Assembly (NCBI GenBank): GCA_051294375.1
Contig: CM119269.1
Location: 310,001 to 374,000 of the forward strand
Length of the DNA: 64,000 nucleotides
Reading direction: 5' to 3'
Source of the DNA: Paraspadella gotoi
Taxonomy: Eukaryota; Animalia; Chaetognatha
Shown here piece after piece: positions 1-12,569 of the stretch (position 1 is its first letter; each line of letters opens with the position of its first letter). A program made the position numbers and the translations under genes. The notes below the pieces were generated by a model. The model was not told the DNA's origin and searched no databases. It worked only from the letters and a program-made list of their open reading frames with translations.

Positions 1-2084
1 GAGATACACGTAAGGTTCGTCGTCGTCTCGTCGTCGTCGTCGTCGTTTCTCTGTTCGTCGTCGTGGTTTCCGCTCAAAAAATTCCATCGTTGCGCAAGTT
101 TTTTAAGTCTCAAAAAGAATGGAGGGAAAGGGAGGACTCAAGACGCCGGGGTCAAACAAAAGGGGTCACGGGTCAAAGGATGCGGGATCAGGGGTCAAAA
201 CATAAGCAGGTCAGGCGGTCCAGGAGGCTGGTCATAGGCTCCGGTACAAGTTTGGGTCGAAAGATTTCCTGCCTTAAAAGACGAAGACGGCGAGTTGTAA
301 AGATGCACGGTTTGCATCTGTTAATGGTTCGTTCGAATATGGAAACTGGAGATGGATTTGATTAATTGATAGTTGATTCATTGGTTTTTCTACGGATTGA
401 TTGATGTTAATTTGAATTTTCGATAGGCGTTGTTCGACAGTTTGACTATTTCATTTACTCATTCGTTCAATTTAAATGATTGATTTATTCATTGTTTTGA
501 TTTATATTATAATAAGATTCATCGCACTTATTCTGACTGAGATTGATTGATTGATTGATTGATTGGATTGCGTCGTGTGTCTCTTTCGCGAAGCATAAAG
601 CGGCGGATTCGGCCCTCGTCTCCATCGAGAAAATGCGACGTCGTCCTTTGTTTCGTTGTTGTCGGAAAGGAAACGAAGAATCAATAACAGGAGGAGTGCA
701 GATGCTCCGCGATGGCGCCGACGATGGCCGCCGACGGATCGGGCCGACTAGATTGGCGCCGATCGATTGGCCGCCGACGATGGTCGCGCATCAACGGAAA
801 TCGCAACAACTTCAGGATGATATTTCGGCCTCGCGCGGAAGGATATTGGACGTCTTTCTCGAATTACTCTTTCCCGATTCTATGGAGGGAGGATGAGGAG
901 GAACAGAGACGAGAGCTGAAGGAAGAGTGGAGAGGAGAAAGGGGACCGGAGAAGGACGGGATGCGCGTGGTGAGAGAGAGAGAGCAGTATGTGAGCAGGG
1001 ACGAGGAGAAGAGACAGAGAGCGAGGAGAGAGAAAGAGCGAAATGAGAGAGAGGGAAGAGAGTAGAGGAGGCAGAGGGCAGAGGGAGAAGAAGAAGAGAG
1101 AAGGACGAGAGAGGAGAGGGAGGGAGAGGAAAAAGAGAGAGGTGAGAGGAAAGAGATGAGAAGGGAGAGAGCAGGGAAGGGAAGAGGCTCTTTTTTTATG
1201 GCGGATAAGTGCAAACATTTAAAGTTGAATTTTAATAAGTTTCTTTGTTTTTCTTTTTGTTTTCCTTTTGTTTTCTTTATTTTCGTTTGTTTTCTTACTT
1301 CAAAAAGGATTTGTGCACGACTGTTTCCTTCTGTTGCAAATCGGACGAGCGACCTGACAACGAACTATTGCACAGGACTTACCTTCTGAGTTGAGGATGT
1401 GAGTAAAGAGAGAGAGAGAGAGAGAGAGATGATTACGAGATGAGAGACGAGCAGAGAAGAGAGAGAGAGAGACGCAGAGAGATCATCAAAGGAGAGAGAA
1501 AGATGAGCAGAGAGAGAGAGTGAGCTTTTAATGTTTTGTTTAATTTATTTGTTAGACAAAAGACTATAAACAACTCAATGAGCAAACGATCGAAAGCTGA
1601 AGACTCACATCAGAAATATCTTAACATCGGTCATGTCCAGTCAATCTGTTGTTCAGTTCTACGTATAATCAAATTGCGTTTCCGTCTTTGTCCGTCTGTC
1701 AATAATATTGAGGTCATTAAAAGCCTTGTCAGTCCGACAAATTTCCTTGCCCATCGAAAATGTGAGGCAAACTATACAGTCAATTGATCAAATTGTTCTC
1801 GCGTCAGTAACTTGAATATATCCATTCCGTTCAGTCGGTCTAATCAATCAATCAGTCAGGGTCAATTAATCAGTCTGGTCTGTCTTTCCATTTTCTCAGA
1901 GCTCTCAGAAACAATTCGAAGAATCTTGTTTGGGGAAAAGAAGATTAATTATCTACGACGCTGAAAGAATTATGGACAGACGAGTATTAGGCAAATGGCG
2001 AAGGAGTTGTGAGGTTAGGTGGAAGAGAGAGAGGGAGAGAGAGAGAGATATTTACTCATATATAACTTTAACTTATCTTTCTTT
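1..2084. repeat. Copy A of a ~2 kb direct duplication (copy B at ~6607-8500)
   Basis: Colinear match to 6607-8500 throughout; this copy has many scattered 1-nt insertions relative to copy B and ends at an N gap. Confidence 0.9.
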
Positions 2085-3050
2085 NNNNNNNNNNNNNNNN
2101 NNNNNNNNNGAGAGAGAGAGAGAGAGAGAGAGAATGGGTCGTAAAAAAGTGAGTAACTTGACAAACACGACAGTAAAAAATCTAAAAATAGAAAATTCTA
2201 ATTGAAGAGAAACGAAGAGATGAGAAGTGAAATGAACAAAGTGAATTCTTCGACGAGTTTAGCCAATCGGGAAGGAAAAGGCGATTTAGCCGATTGGGGA
2301 GATAAAGGTTAAAAAAGACCTTCGGCGCAAAGAAAAGCGATGAAGAGCGNNNNNNNNNNNNNNNNNNNNNNNNNNNNNNNNNNNNNNNNNNNNNNNNNNN
2401 NNNNNNNNNNNNNNNNNNNNNNNNNNNNNNNNNNNNNNNNNNNNNNNNNNNNNNNNNNNNNNNNNNNNNNNNNNNNNNNNNNNNNNNNNNNNNNNNNNNN
2501 NNNNNNNNNNNNNNNNNNNNNNNNNNNNNNNNNNNNNNNNNNNNNNNNNNNNNNNNNNNNNNNNNNNNNNNNNNNNNNNNNNNNNNNNNNNNNNNNNNNN
2601 NNNNNNNNNNNNNNNNNNNNNNNNNNNNNNNNNNNNNNNNNNNNNNNNNNNNNNNNAACAAAAGTCAGCAACAAACCATCCATGAGATGAAATAACTCGG
2701 CGCGAACCCGAACCAATTCCGGAATCGGGAAACTCATCTTCGACATCATAAACTCGGCCGCCGCCGCCGCCGCTTCCGCCGCCGCCGCCGCCGCCGCCGC
2801 TGAAGATGGACGAGAGAGGAGATTCGCCCTGGAGACCAAATCTCGATTAAAGATCTAAAAATAGCAACAGAGTNNNNNNNNNNNNNNNNNNNNNNNNNNN
2901 NNNNNNNNNNNNNNNNNNNNNNNNNNNNNNNNNNNNNNNNNNNNNNNNNNNNNNNNNNNNNNNNNNNNNNNNNNNNNNNNNNNNNNNNNNNNNNNNNNNN
3001 NNNNNNNNNNNNNNNNNNNNNNNNNNNNNNNNNNNNNNNNNNNNNNNNNN

Positions 3051-4950
3051 GTCTCGCTCCGAGGAGTGGAAGTCCGCCCCCGCCCTCGTCGTCCGCAACT
3101 TTTGGCTGCTGGGGCTGTTGATGCTGGAGAACGGAGACGTCGGCGCCGCCGTCTCCATCTACGACGAGGAGATTCTGCCGAGAATCATCGAGTCCATGGT
3201 TGTCGTCGATTGCAACGAGGCCGCCAATCTATTGTTCCGATTGTGCTTGGAAGGTGAGGGGCGAAGCGAGCATATTTGAGAGTGCAAGCAAGCGGCGGAC
3301 GACCAAATTGCCCACCAATGAAACCTCCCCCTTCTTCAGGTCAAGACGTTGGCGACAGATGGCGCGAACTCTACAACCTCGGTTTCGTCCACCGCGACGA
3401 ACACGTCCACGCCGCCGTCGACGTTCACGTCATGATGTCCACTTTGATGGTGACGGGTGACGCAGGCGCCGGCGCTGCCGCGGAAGCGCAGGTGGGCGGA
3501 GGGAACAGATGGATTGATTGATTGACTCACTGTCTAACTGATTGAGAGAATAACTCAACGAATCAACTAAACAATGACTGAGGGAAATATCGAACGAAAT
3601 AGCGAAACGAGAAAATGAACAAACAAACAAACAAACGAACGAACGAACGAACGAACGAACGAACGAACGAACGAACGAACGAACGAACGAACGAACGAAC
3701 GAAAGAAAGAACGAACTCCTTCCTCGTTCCAGGATCTCGTCTGTTCCCAAAAGTTCTACTCCCGCAACGGAACTGGCGACAATGTGGCGTCGACGGCGGA
3801 AGTGGGCGTGGCCGTGAGCGAGGCGCTGATCTCTTGGGCGGCGGGAGATCTCGTCGCCGCCTGGGAGACGCTCTGGCCGATACGGTAGGAAAGAGAAAAA
3901 AGTTTTTAATCTCATTTGCATATTGCAGTAATCACTGTTTTTGACTTGATTAATTATCTATCTGATTGATGTGACAATTAATAAAAAACAAAAGATTAAA
4001 GTAAAAAAGCCTAAAAAAAGGAACCGACTAATACAACAACTTTGAAAATAACGATTAAGAAAACAACTTACTACGTTTGTTTGTTTTTGTTAATATTGTT
4101 TTTGATTAATTAAAAAAAATCCCCTTTGACTTGGTCCTCACGACCACCACACAGATATGAACTTCACCGTCTGGGTTTCTCCCGACTTCATCAAGATGTT
4201 TTCGACGTTTTTCTCATTTGCGTTGGGATTCAATCGTCAAAAGCGGAAGACACCGCAATGGTGATTACATTGCTTTACATTACTGTTTTAATAGGGATGT
4301 AGGCCTTAACAATTGTACCAATTTAATAAACTTAAATTACATTTTCTCTTTTTGCTTATTTATATAATAAATACATGGACGATTGTACCGTTAAAAATTG
4401 TCGCTTCATTTATCATTTCAATATTTCACTTTTTTCATTTTCTCTTTTTGATCGAGTCTCTTTTTTTGTGTTTATTTTTTCTTTGTTTTCTCTTTGTTTT
4501 CTTTCGTTGAGCCTTTGAAAATATGAAATTTAATATGCTTTCTTTTTTTCCCTCTTTCTTTTCCTTTCCTCCTCCCTCTTTACCTCTTCCCATTCTCCTT
4601 CCTTTTTTCTTCCTATTCTCCTTCCTTTTTTCTTCCTATTCTCCTTCCTTTTTTCTTCCTATTCTCCTTCCTTTCTTCTTCCCATTCTCCTTCCTTTATT
4701 CTTCCTATTCTCCTTCCTTTTTTCTTCCCATTCTCCTTCCTTTATTCTTCCTATTCTCCTTCCATATTCTTCATATTCTCCTTCTTTTTTTATTCCCATT
4801 CTCCTTCTTTTTATCTTCCTATTCTCCTTCCTTTTTTCCTCTTCCACTTTTTTATTTCTTATCTTTCCTTTCCTATTTTCTTTCCACTTTTATTCTCTTT
4901 TTTTCCTACTTCCCCTTTATTTTTCTCTCTGTCCCCCTCCCCCACACTCT

Positions 4951-4984
<34 letters not shown>

Positions 4985-5120
4985 CCCTCTTCCCATCTCC
5001 CCCACGCAGGTCCGACTTCTTCTCGAGGAGCGGAAACGATCGATGGGTTTAACTCCTTTCGTTGAAAAATATCACTTGAACATTTTAAGCGTCGGCGCCG
5101 ACAGAGGTCTCATCCGTTAA
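3051..5120 (+). CDS. TTC38: Tetratricopeptide repeat protein 38-like, 3' part; exons ~3051-3253, 3340-3491, 3733-3884, 4155-4260, 5010-5120; 5' end lost in N gap
   Basis: Spliced translation ...WKSAPALVVRNFWLLGLLMLENGDVGAAVSIYDEEIL...LLFRLCLEG|QDVGDRWREL...VGVAVSEALI...LWPIR|YELHRLGFSRLHQDVF...|VRLLLEER resembles the TTC38 C-terminal half (HNYWHWALY..EAALTIYD..MLYRLQMEG..VGQRW..LLPIRY..QRDVF); GT-AG junctions keep frame. Confidence 0.85.
3618..3712. repeat. (AACG)n / (AAAC)n microsatellite in TTC38 intron
   Basis: Tandem aacg units directly visible. Confidence 0.9.
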
Positions 5121-5854
5121 AAACAAAGGAACATCGCAACCTTTTTTTTTCTTTGCCTAATACTGTATTTTAACTTTTTAAAAAAACAAAAAAACTTATA
5201 CCGGTTGTACCGACTTTTTAATCTTTTTAAATTTGCTTATTTATTACTATTTATTAATTATTAACAAAAATATTGTATTCCGTCTCACAATTTTGGTTTT
5301 AACCGCGAAGACTCGAATAGTTGAGTCGAAACGGAGCTCGGTCCTTAGCTTTGTCACGGCCGTGTCTGACCTTGCCACGCCTTGTCACGTCCTCTGATAC
5401 GATGCTATATCACGCTTTGACAATGTGCCCCTTGCAATGACCCGGGAGGCGTAAAACTGTCATGACCTCGTTGTCTGTCCGTCAATCTGTCTGTGCGAGA
5501 CGTCGTACCAACCGTAGTGTTAATCTGTTCCAGACGTCCTAGCAACCGTAGTGTTAATCAGTCGTGTCAAGCGTTGCATCCGAAGTAAGGGGCGTGGCAT
5601 TTCAGATATCCGCCGTGACGGTCGAGACCTGTTCGGCTTATTCTCGTATTTTACTTTAATTAAAAACAAACATTAGAACAAAAGTTAATCTTAATGACAA
5701 ATATTCTTTCATTCTCGCATTTTGCTGTAATTTTTCTTCTTTTTAGAATAAAAACTTTTTTTCATATTTTTTTGTTTTCGAAAGGAAAATCGGAAGTTAA
5801 ACAAAATTTATGATCAGAGAATTGAGATAAAACGCAGGCCGTTAGTGAGAAAGA

Positions 5855-5893
<39 letters not shown>

Positions 5894-6606
5894 TCTCTCT
5901 CTCTCTCTCTCTCTCCTCTCTCATTCTCTCTCTCTCTCTCTCCTCCCTTGGGTCACGATGATCCTCCATTGGCCATTTGATGTCGCCATATTTTCTTGTC
6001 AAGCATCCGTTGCTTTCGCCAATGGACGACAGCGGCGCCCTTTGGTGAAAACTGCCTTTGTTTCCTTTTTTTTCTGTTTTTTTTTCTGTTTTTTTTCTGT
6101 TTTTTTTCTGTTTTTTTTTCTATTCTTTTCTTTTATTTTTTTTATTTTTTTATTTTTTCTTTCTTTCTGTTTTTCTTCCTTTCTTTCCTTTTTTTTTGGT
6201 TTTCTTTCTTTCTATTTTTTTTTTCTTTCTGTTTTTCTTTCTTTCTTTCTTTCTTTCAGCCTTAATTTTCTTTTATTTTGCTTCATTCAATTCTTTACTT
6301 TTCTCTTTTTTTCTTCTCTTTTTTTTTCTCTTTCTTTTTTCTTCGTCACTCGTCAATTCAATAAACGTTGCTTTTTTATTGGTAACGAAAAAAAATATCT
6401 CTGCAGATGTCATGTCTCTTTCGTTTCACTCTTTATCCGCACTTTCTTTTCCTAAATTCTTTTGCTACACTTTCTTTTGCTAAATTCATATTATAAAATA
6501 AAAATACCCCTAAAACGTAACGTAACCAATTTTCCCGGTCGTTGCGACTTTCTGCTCTGTCAAAGTTGTCACCGTCAAATCTCAACTCAGACGATATCGA
6601 TGATCA

Positions 6607-6620
6607 GAGATCACGAAGGT

Positions 6621-6659
<39 letters not shown>

Positions 6660-7925
6660 TCGTCGTCGTCGGTTCCGCTCAAAAATTCCATCTTGGTCCA
6701 GTTTTTAAGTCTCAAAAAGAGGAGGGGAAAGGGAGACTCAGACGCCGGGTCAAACAAAAGGGGTCACGGGTCAAAGGATGCGGATCAGGGGTCAAACAAA
6801 GCAGGTCAGGGGTCCAAGGAGGCTGGTCAAGGCTCCGGATCAAGTTTTGGGTCGAAAGATTCCTGCCTTAAAAACGAAGACGACCATTTGAAAGATGAGG
6901 TTTGCATCTGTTAATGTCGTTCGAATATGAAACTGGAGATTGATTGATTAATTGATTAGTTGATTGATTGGTTTTTCTACGGATTGATTGATTAATTGAA
7001 TTTATCGATAGGGTTGTTCGACATTTGGATCTATTCATTTACTCATTCGTTCATTTAAATGATTGATTTATTCATTGATTTGATTAATATTATAATAGAT
7101 TCGATCGACTTATTCTGACTGAGATTGATTGATTGATTGATTGATTGATTGCGTCGTTTCTTTCGGAAGCAAAAGCCGCGGATTCGGCCCTCGTCTCCAT
7201 CCGAGAAATCGACGTCGTCTTTGTTTCGTTGTTTCGGAAAGAAAACGAAGAATCAAAACAGGAGGACGACGACGATGGCGCCGACGATGGCGCCGACGAT
7301 GGCGCCGACGATGGCGCCGACGATGGCGCCGACGATGGCGCCGACGATGGCGCCGCATCAACGGAATCGCAACAACTTCAGAGAATTCGCCTCCGACGAA
7401 GATATGGACGTCTTTCTCGATTCTCTTTCCGATTCTATGGAGAGAATGAGGAGGAAACAGAGAGAGAGCGAGGAAGAGAGGAGAAAGGGACCGGAGAAGA
7501 CGGGATGCGCGGGTGAGAGAGGGAGAGAGAGGTAGGGAGAGGGAGAGGAGAGACAGAGAGGGAGGGAGAGAAAGAGGAAAGAGAGAGAGGGAGAGAGAGA
7601 GAGGGAGGCAGAGGGAGAAGAAAGAGAGAGAAGGAGAGAGAGAGAGGGAGGGAGAGGAAAAAGAGAGAGGGAGAGGAAAGAGAGAGAAGGAGAGAGAGGG
7701 AAGGGAAGAGGCTCTTTTTATGGGGAAAGTGAAACATTTAAAGTTGAATTTTAAAAGTTTTCTTTGTTTTCTTTGTTTTCTTTGTTTTCTTTATTTTCTT
7801 TGTTTTCTTACTTCAAAAAGGATTTGTGCACGACTGTTCCTTCTGTTGCAAATCGGACGAGGACCTGAACAACGAACTATTGCACAGGACTTACCTTCTG
7901 AGGTGAGGAGTTAGAGAAAGAGAAG

Positions 7926-7964
<39 letters not shown>

Positions 7965-7965
7965 G

Positions 7966-8000
<35 letters not shown>

Positions 8001-8500
8001 TTTATGGTTTTGTTTAATTATTTTGTTAGACAAAAGACTAAACAACTCAATGAGCAAACGATCGAAGCTGAAGACTCACATCAGAAATATCTACATCGGT
8101 CAGTCAGTCAATCTGTTGTTCAGTCAGTAAACAAATTGGTCCGTCTGTCCGTCTGTCAATAAATGAGTCATTAAAAGCTGTCAGTCCGACAAATTCCTTG
8201 CCATCGAAAATGTGAGGCAAACTATCAGTCAATTGATCAATTAGTCGGTCAGTAATTGAATATATCCATCCGTCAGTCGGTCTAATCAATCAATCAGTCA
8301 GTCAATTAATCAGTCTGTCTGTCTTCCATTTCTCAGAGCTCAGAAACAATTCGAAGATCTTGTTTGGGGAAAAGAAGATTATATCTACGACGTGAAAGAT
8401 ATGGACAGAGAGATTAGGCAAATGGCGAAGGAGTGTGAGGTAGGGGAGAGAGAGAGAGAGAGAGAGAGATATTACTCATATATACTTTAACTTTATTTTT
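6607..8500. repeat. Copy B of ~2 kb duplication; includes a 12-bp GACGATGGCGCC tandem array (~7269-7355) and possible exons of an unknown gene
   Basis: Matches 1-2084; GC-rich blocks ~6607-6899 and ~7170-7535 are flanked by plausible splice signals but show no recognisable domain. Confidence 0.8.
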
Positions 8501-8740
8501 AATTTCTAAATCATTTAATCATTAATTTTTTTAGGATTAAGTCGATAACAAAAGACACAATCGAAGCTGTTGACAGAAGTTGATTGCAGATCATTTTTTA
8601 TGAATACAGATGGAAATTCAGAGATTATAGATAAAATAACAAATAAATAAATATGTAAACCGCAGAGTGAGTAACTTAATGTTAAAACTTAAAAAAGTTC
8701 TGCTTCGAGTTCGGATTAAGTACTCAGTTAAATACGTAGC

Positions 8741-8839
<99 letters not shown>

Positions 8840-9290
8840 CCCTTCACCCCGTCCCAATCTCTCGCTCTCTCGGGCTCTTTTGTTGTGGTGGTCGGCCATT
8901 TTCTCTTGGCAATTTCGTTCGTTTTATGCTCGCCAGATGGCCTTTGACTCTTCGCGAGTTTGTCATCGATGCCGAACAAAGGAGCAACAAACTGGACCCT
9001 TTTTTTTCTCCAGAATTTTTTTTTTTTTTTTTTTTTTAGGGCGAAGGGTAGTGGTTGAAAATTTGGGGAGGAGAAGAAGAAGTAGAAGAAGAAGAAGAAG
9101 AAAAGAAGAGAAGAAAAAAAAGAAGAAAAAGAAGAAGAAGAGAAGAAGTGGAAGAAGGAGGATTATATAAAGAAGTTTAAAGAAGAAGGAGAAGGAGTAG
9201 GAAGAGAAAGACTGAGGAAAAGAAGAAGAAGCAGAAAGGAGAAGAAGAAGAAGAAGAAGAAGAAGAAGAAGAAAGGAGGAGGAGAAGGAG

Positions 9291-9322
<32 letters not shown>

Positions 9323-9559
9323 ATAAAAGGAAAAGAAGTAGTTGGAGTGAGAAAGGGGAAGTAAATTTAGAGCGTAAAGTGTTTCGTCGTCAGTTTATGA
9401 TTAAGACGACGACGACAACGACGACGACGACGACGACGGCGACATTAGCCATAAAAAAATACAACGACAAAAGGGCAAAAGCAACAACAACAACGTCAAC
9501 AACAACGACGACGACGATAAATAAGAAGAGACCAATCGCCTTGAAGCTTTATGGACGGG

Positions 9560-9812
9560 ACCTGTTTGGCTGACCTGTCGATCTGACCTTTCGGGCTGAT
9601 CTGTCAGGCTAACCTCTAGAGCAAACCTGTTGGACTAACCTGTTGGGCTGACCTGTTTGACTGAGCTGTTGGGCTGACATTTAGGGCTGATCTGTCGGTC
9701 GGATCTGTTGGGCGGACCTTTAGGGGTGACCTTTAGGGCAAACCTATTAAACTGACCTATTAACTGACTGTTAAACATTTCGAATGACCTGTTAGGCTGA
9801 CCTGTTTGACCT
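9560..9812. repeat. Degenerate ~13-bp minisatellite (CTGACCTGTTGGG)
   Basis: Repeated ctgacctgtt/ctgacctttag units. Confidence 0.8.
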
Positions 9813-9879
9813 TCTCTTGGGACCGCGCTGGTTGGAAATGTTCTCATTTCTGTCACTATTGTTGCTGTCAGAAAGTCTA

Positions 9880-10174
9880 CAGGGGATGCGCGAAGAATTT
9901 CGACATGTTATGCAAAAAGCTTTGATTACAGTAGTAACTAGTTGCTTGCAGTTGATATATTATATGTATAATATTTAACATAACATATTGCAATGCCCGA
10001 CTTAAGGAACAGTTATATATTTTGTTAAAAATCTGCAACACCCTGTAATTGATTACAAATTGATTTCGTTTTATTGCGTTTCAGAGTAAAAATCTTTTGG
10101 CACTTATTTTATTTTTGTATGTGAAATAGTTCAGATGTGGTAGGACTTTGTCTGGATTTATGGTCCCACCCCTG
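9880..10174. mobile_element. Tc1/mariner-type MITE candidate
   Basis: TA|CAGGGG...CCCCTG|TA ends (short TIR plus TA target duplication); no ORF. Confidence 0.5.
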
Positions 10175-10686
10175 TATATCATTATCTTCTCGTTTAGTAT
10201 TTTAAGTTTATAAACTGTAATATAAACCAGGTTTCCGTTGCTATACTGGTGACGTAAGTGAGACCTGACTTTTGGCGAGTCTTATTTGGGACCGAGTTGA
10301 AATCAACAATATAAATAGAACATTTTTTAAAACCAAAATTAATGAAAAAAAAATAATAATAATAATAAAAAATGAAAAATATAGAATTTATAATAAATAA
10401 TTTTAATTTTTGTCGATAAATATATTGGCGATTTGTTTTTATCCATATATAAATAAGAAAGGGCGAATTTTTTATTCCACCTAAACGTTTTTGTTTTTTT
10501 TTTCGACGCAAAAGGTTAAGTATTTCGGCAAAGGACTAATTAATAGAACGACGAAGACGACGACGACGAAAATGGTCGATAGATGCAAAGATGGCAGCAG
10601 TGGGAACAAAAATGATGGCGAAGAAATTCAAAGATGATGGAGAGGGAGTTATTTATATGATAATAAGGTTAATTATGAGAGAAGAG

Positions 10687-10743
<57 letters not shown>

Positions 10744-11008
10744 GAAGAACACGCGGTCGCCAAAGTCAAAGACCTAATCATCTCCTTATTTTCGCCTCCT
10801 TTACCTTTTTTTCCTTTTTTATTATTTTTCCTTTTTTCCTTTTTTCTTCTTTTTCCTTTTTTCTCCTTTTTTTTTCCTTTTTTCTTTCTGTTACTAACTT
10901 ATTACTATTTTTCCTCTAAATGTTAATAATCTTTCCTGTCTCTCCCTCTCGTCACCTTTTGCTCTTCTTTTCGACGAATTAACAATAAAATATTAATGCT
11001 TTCGGTTC

Positions 11009-11075
11009 TACCTCTGCGGGGAATCGAACCCCGGTCGCTCGCGTGACAGGCGAGGATACTCACCACTACCGAAGA
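11009..11075 (-). pseudogene. tRNA-Asp(GTC) pseudogene or tRNA-derived repeat head
   Basis: Reverse complement TCTTCGGTAGTGGTGAGTATCCTCGCCTGTCACGCGAGCGACCGGGGTTCGATTCCCCGCAGAGGT: GTC anticodon arm and T arm match eukaryotic tRNA-Asp, but ~5 nt are missing before the D loop and the acceptor stem pairs poorly. Confidence 0.8.
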
Positions 11076-11166
11076 CGCCCAATTCGTGAAAGAACAAAAC
11101 TTTACTTGTAAATAGATAATATTAATATACTACTTATTATTCGTATTGTTGTAAGCGCAAGAATAA

Positions 11167-11206
<40 letters not shown>

Positions 11207-11525
11207 AATTATAATCCCTGTCTTAATACAAGTAGCTCCAGCTGTTTTGGGACTAAATTAAAAAAAGAGTTTAGACGTGTAAATAAAAGAATAATGGTCT
11301 TTGTCTTTGTGGGTCTTTGTTGGTATTAAAAATAAACCCACAAAGACCGACGGACCGACTGACCGACAAAGTGGATTATAGAGTCGGGATCTGCTGATAA
11401 TTTTTTTAGGCAACCAAAACATTCTCCAAGTGTCCAGAGAAGGACGCGCATGCTTTGCGACCGCGCCCTTTAAGAATGCTGCCATTTTTACCACTAATGC
11501 CACAGTTAGGCAGTCGACAGTTCTA

Positions 11526-11828
11526 TAGGGGATGCGTGGGACACACCGCTTCTCTGTCTTATATTTTTATTAATCTAGGGGATTTCAGTTAGAAAAACTG
11601 CGCGGTCAATATAGTCCGGAGTCTTTATGCTTCATTTTTATTTTCGCCAAAAGTTCGCAAAACTTTAAGAATCGGCGCGAAAAAAAAAGTTATGCTGTTG
11701 GATTTGTCAGATGTTTTTGATAAAGAAAAATTAGACTAGTTTCCAAATATAGTCTTTTTTCTTTTATCATAAACCGTTTTTATGCTGTAGGCATTTAAAG
11801 TTAGTCCCATTAAAGCTGGACCTCCCTG
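11526..11828. mobile_element. Tc1/mariner-type MITE candidate sharing a left end with 9880-10174
   Basis: TA|TAGGGGATGCG start (cf. CAGGGGATGCG) and CCCTG|TA end; similar ~300 bp size. Confidence 0.45.
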
Positions 11829-12569
11829 TATAAAGTGTATATTCGACCTGCTAGTATTTTTAACCATATTTGCCCAATTCTGAGAAAGTTTCAATTATTT
11901 CGGGACGTTTAAACTAAATGAACTATTGAATTATGAATTATTGAATTATGAATTATATTTTATTTTTTTTTTTTGTGTCACTTCCTCTTTCTCTCTCTTT
12001 CTCTCTTTGAAGATATATATATATAAATATATACTTTTATAAACAGAATATCGAGCGACTTATTTTATTAGTTAAAAAAAAGTTCGTTCTATCTCACCCT
12101 GAAATCAGCCTGACCTGCTCACACGTTCAGTCGCCAATCTCCGATATCGTTATCAACTCCTTCAACTCGCGAGTCAGAAATTCCGTGTGACCAATTTTTT
12201 GTGTGATCACGCAAAAGTCCTTAATTCCGTGTGATCCTTTCTTTCGTTTTATTTAGATTTTGTTTTCTGCTCTAAAAATAATTGATCTGAATTGAACTTC
12301 GTCGAATTCAAACAAAATAAAACCCTGTAAACAAACGAAACGCATCTACACTGTAGATTGTAGAACCGGTTAGCTTGCGCTTTTCTTTACTAAAAGCTCT
12401 CCTCGGAAATAAATCAACAATTAAGAAATTTAAGAATAAATTTCTATTTTTGAAAAAGGAATTTGTCGGCGTTTTTGTCGGCGCATTCTTCAGTGTCCGT
12501 TGATCCAGTGACAGTTCATGTCATTTTTAGTGAGTCCGTCACAGCTTTGGTCCTTTTAGACGGAGTACA

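Noticed and set aside
2657-2873. Poly-Ala ORF fragment on the minus strand
   Set aside because: May be an exon, but bounded by N gaps with no recognisable domain.
4313-6483. Long Phe/Leu/Ser-rich ORFs resembling membrane proteins
   Set aside because: Translations of pyrimidine-rich low-complexity intronic or intergenic DNA.
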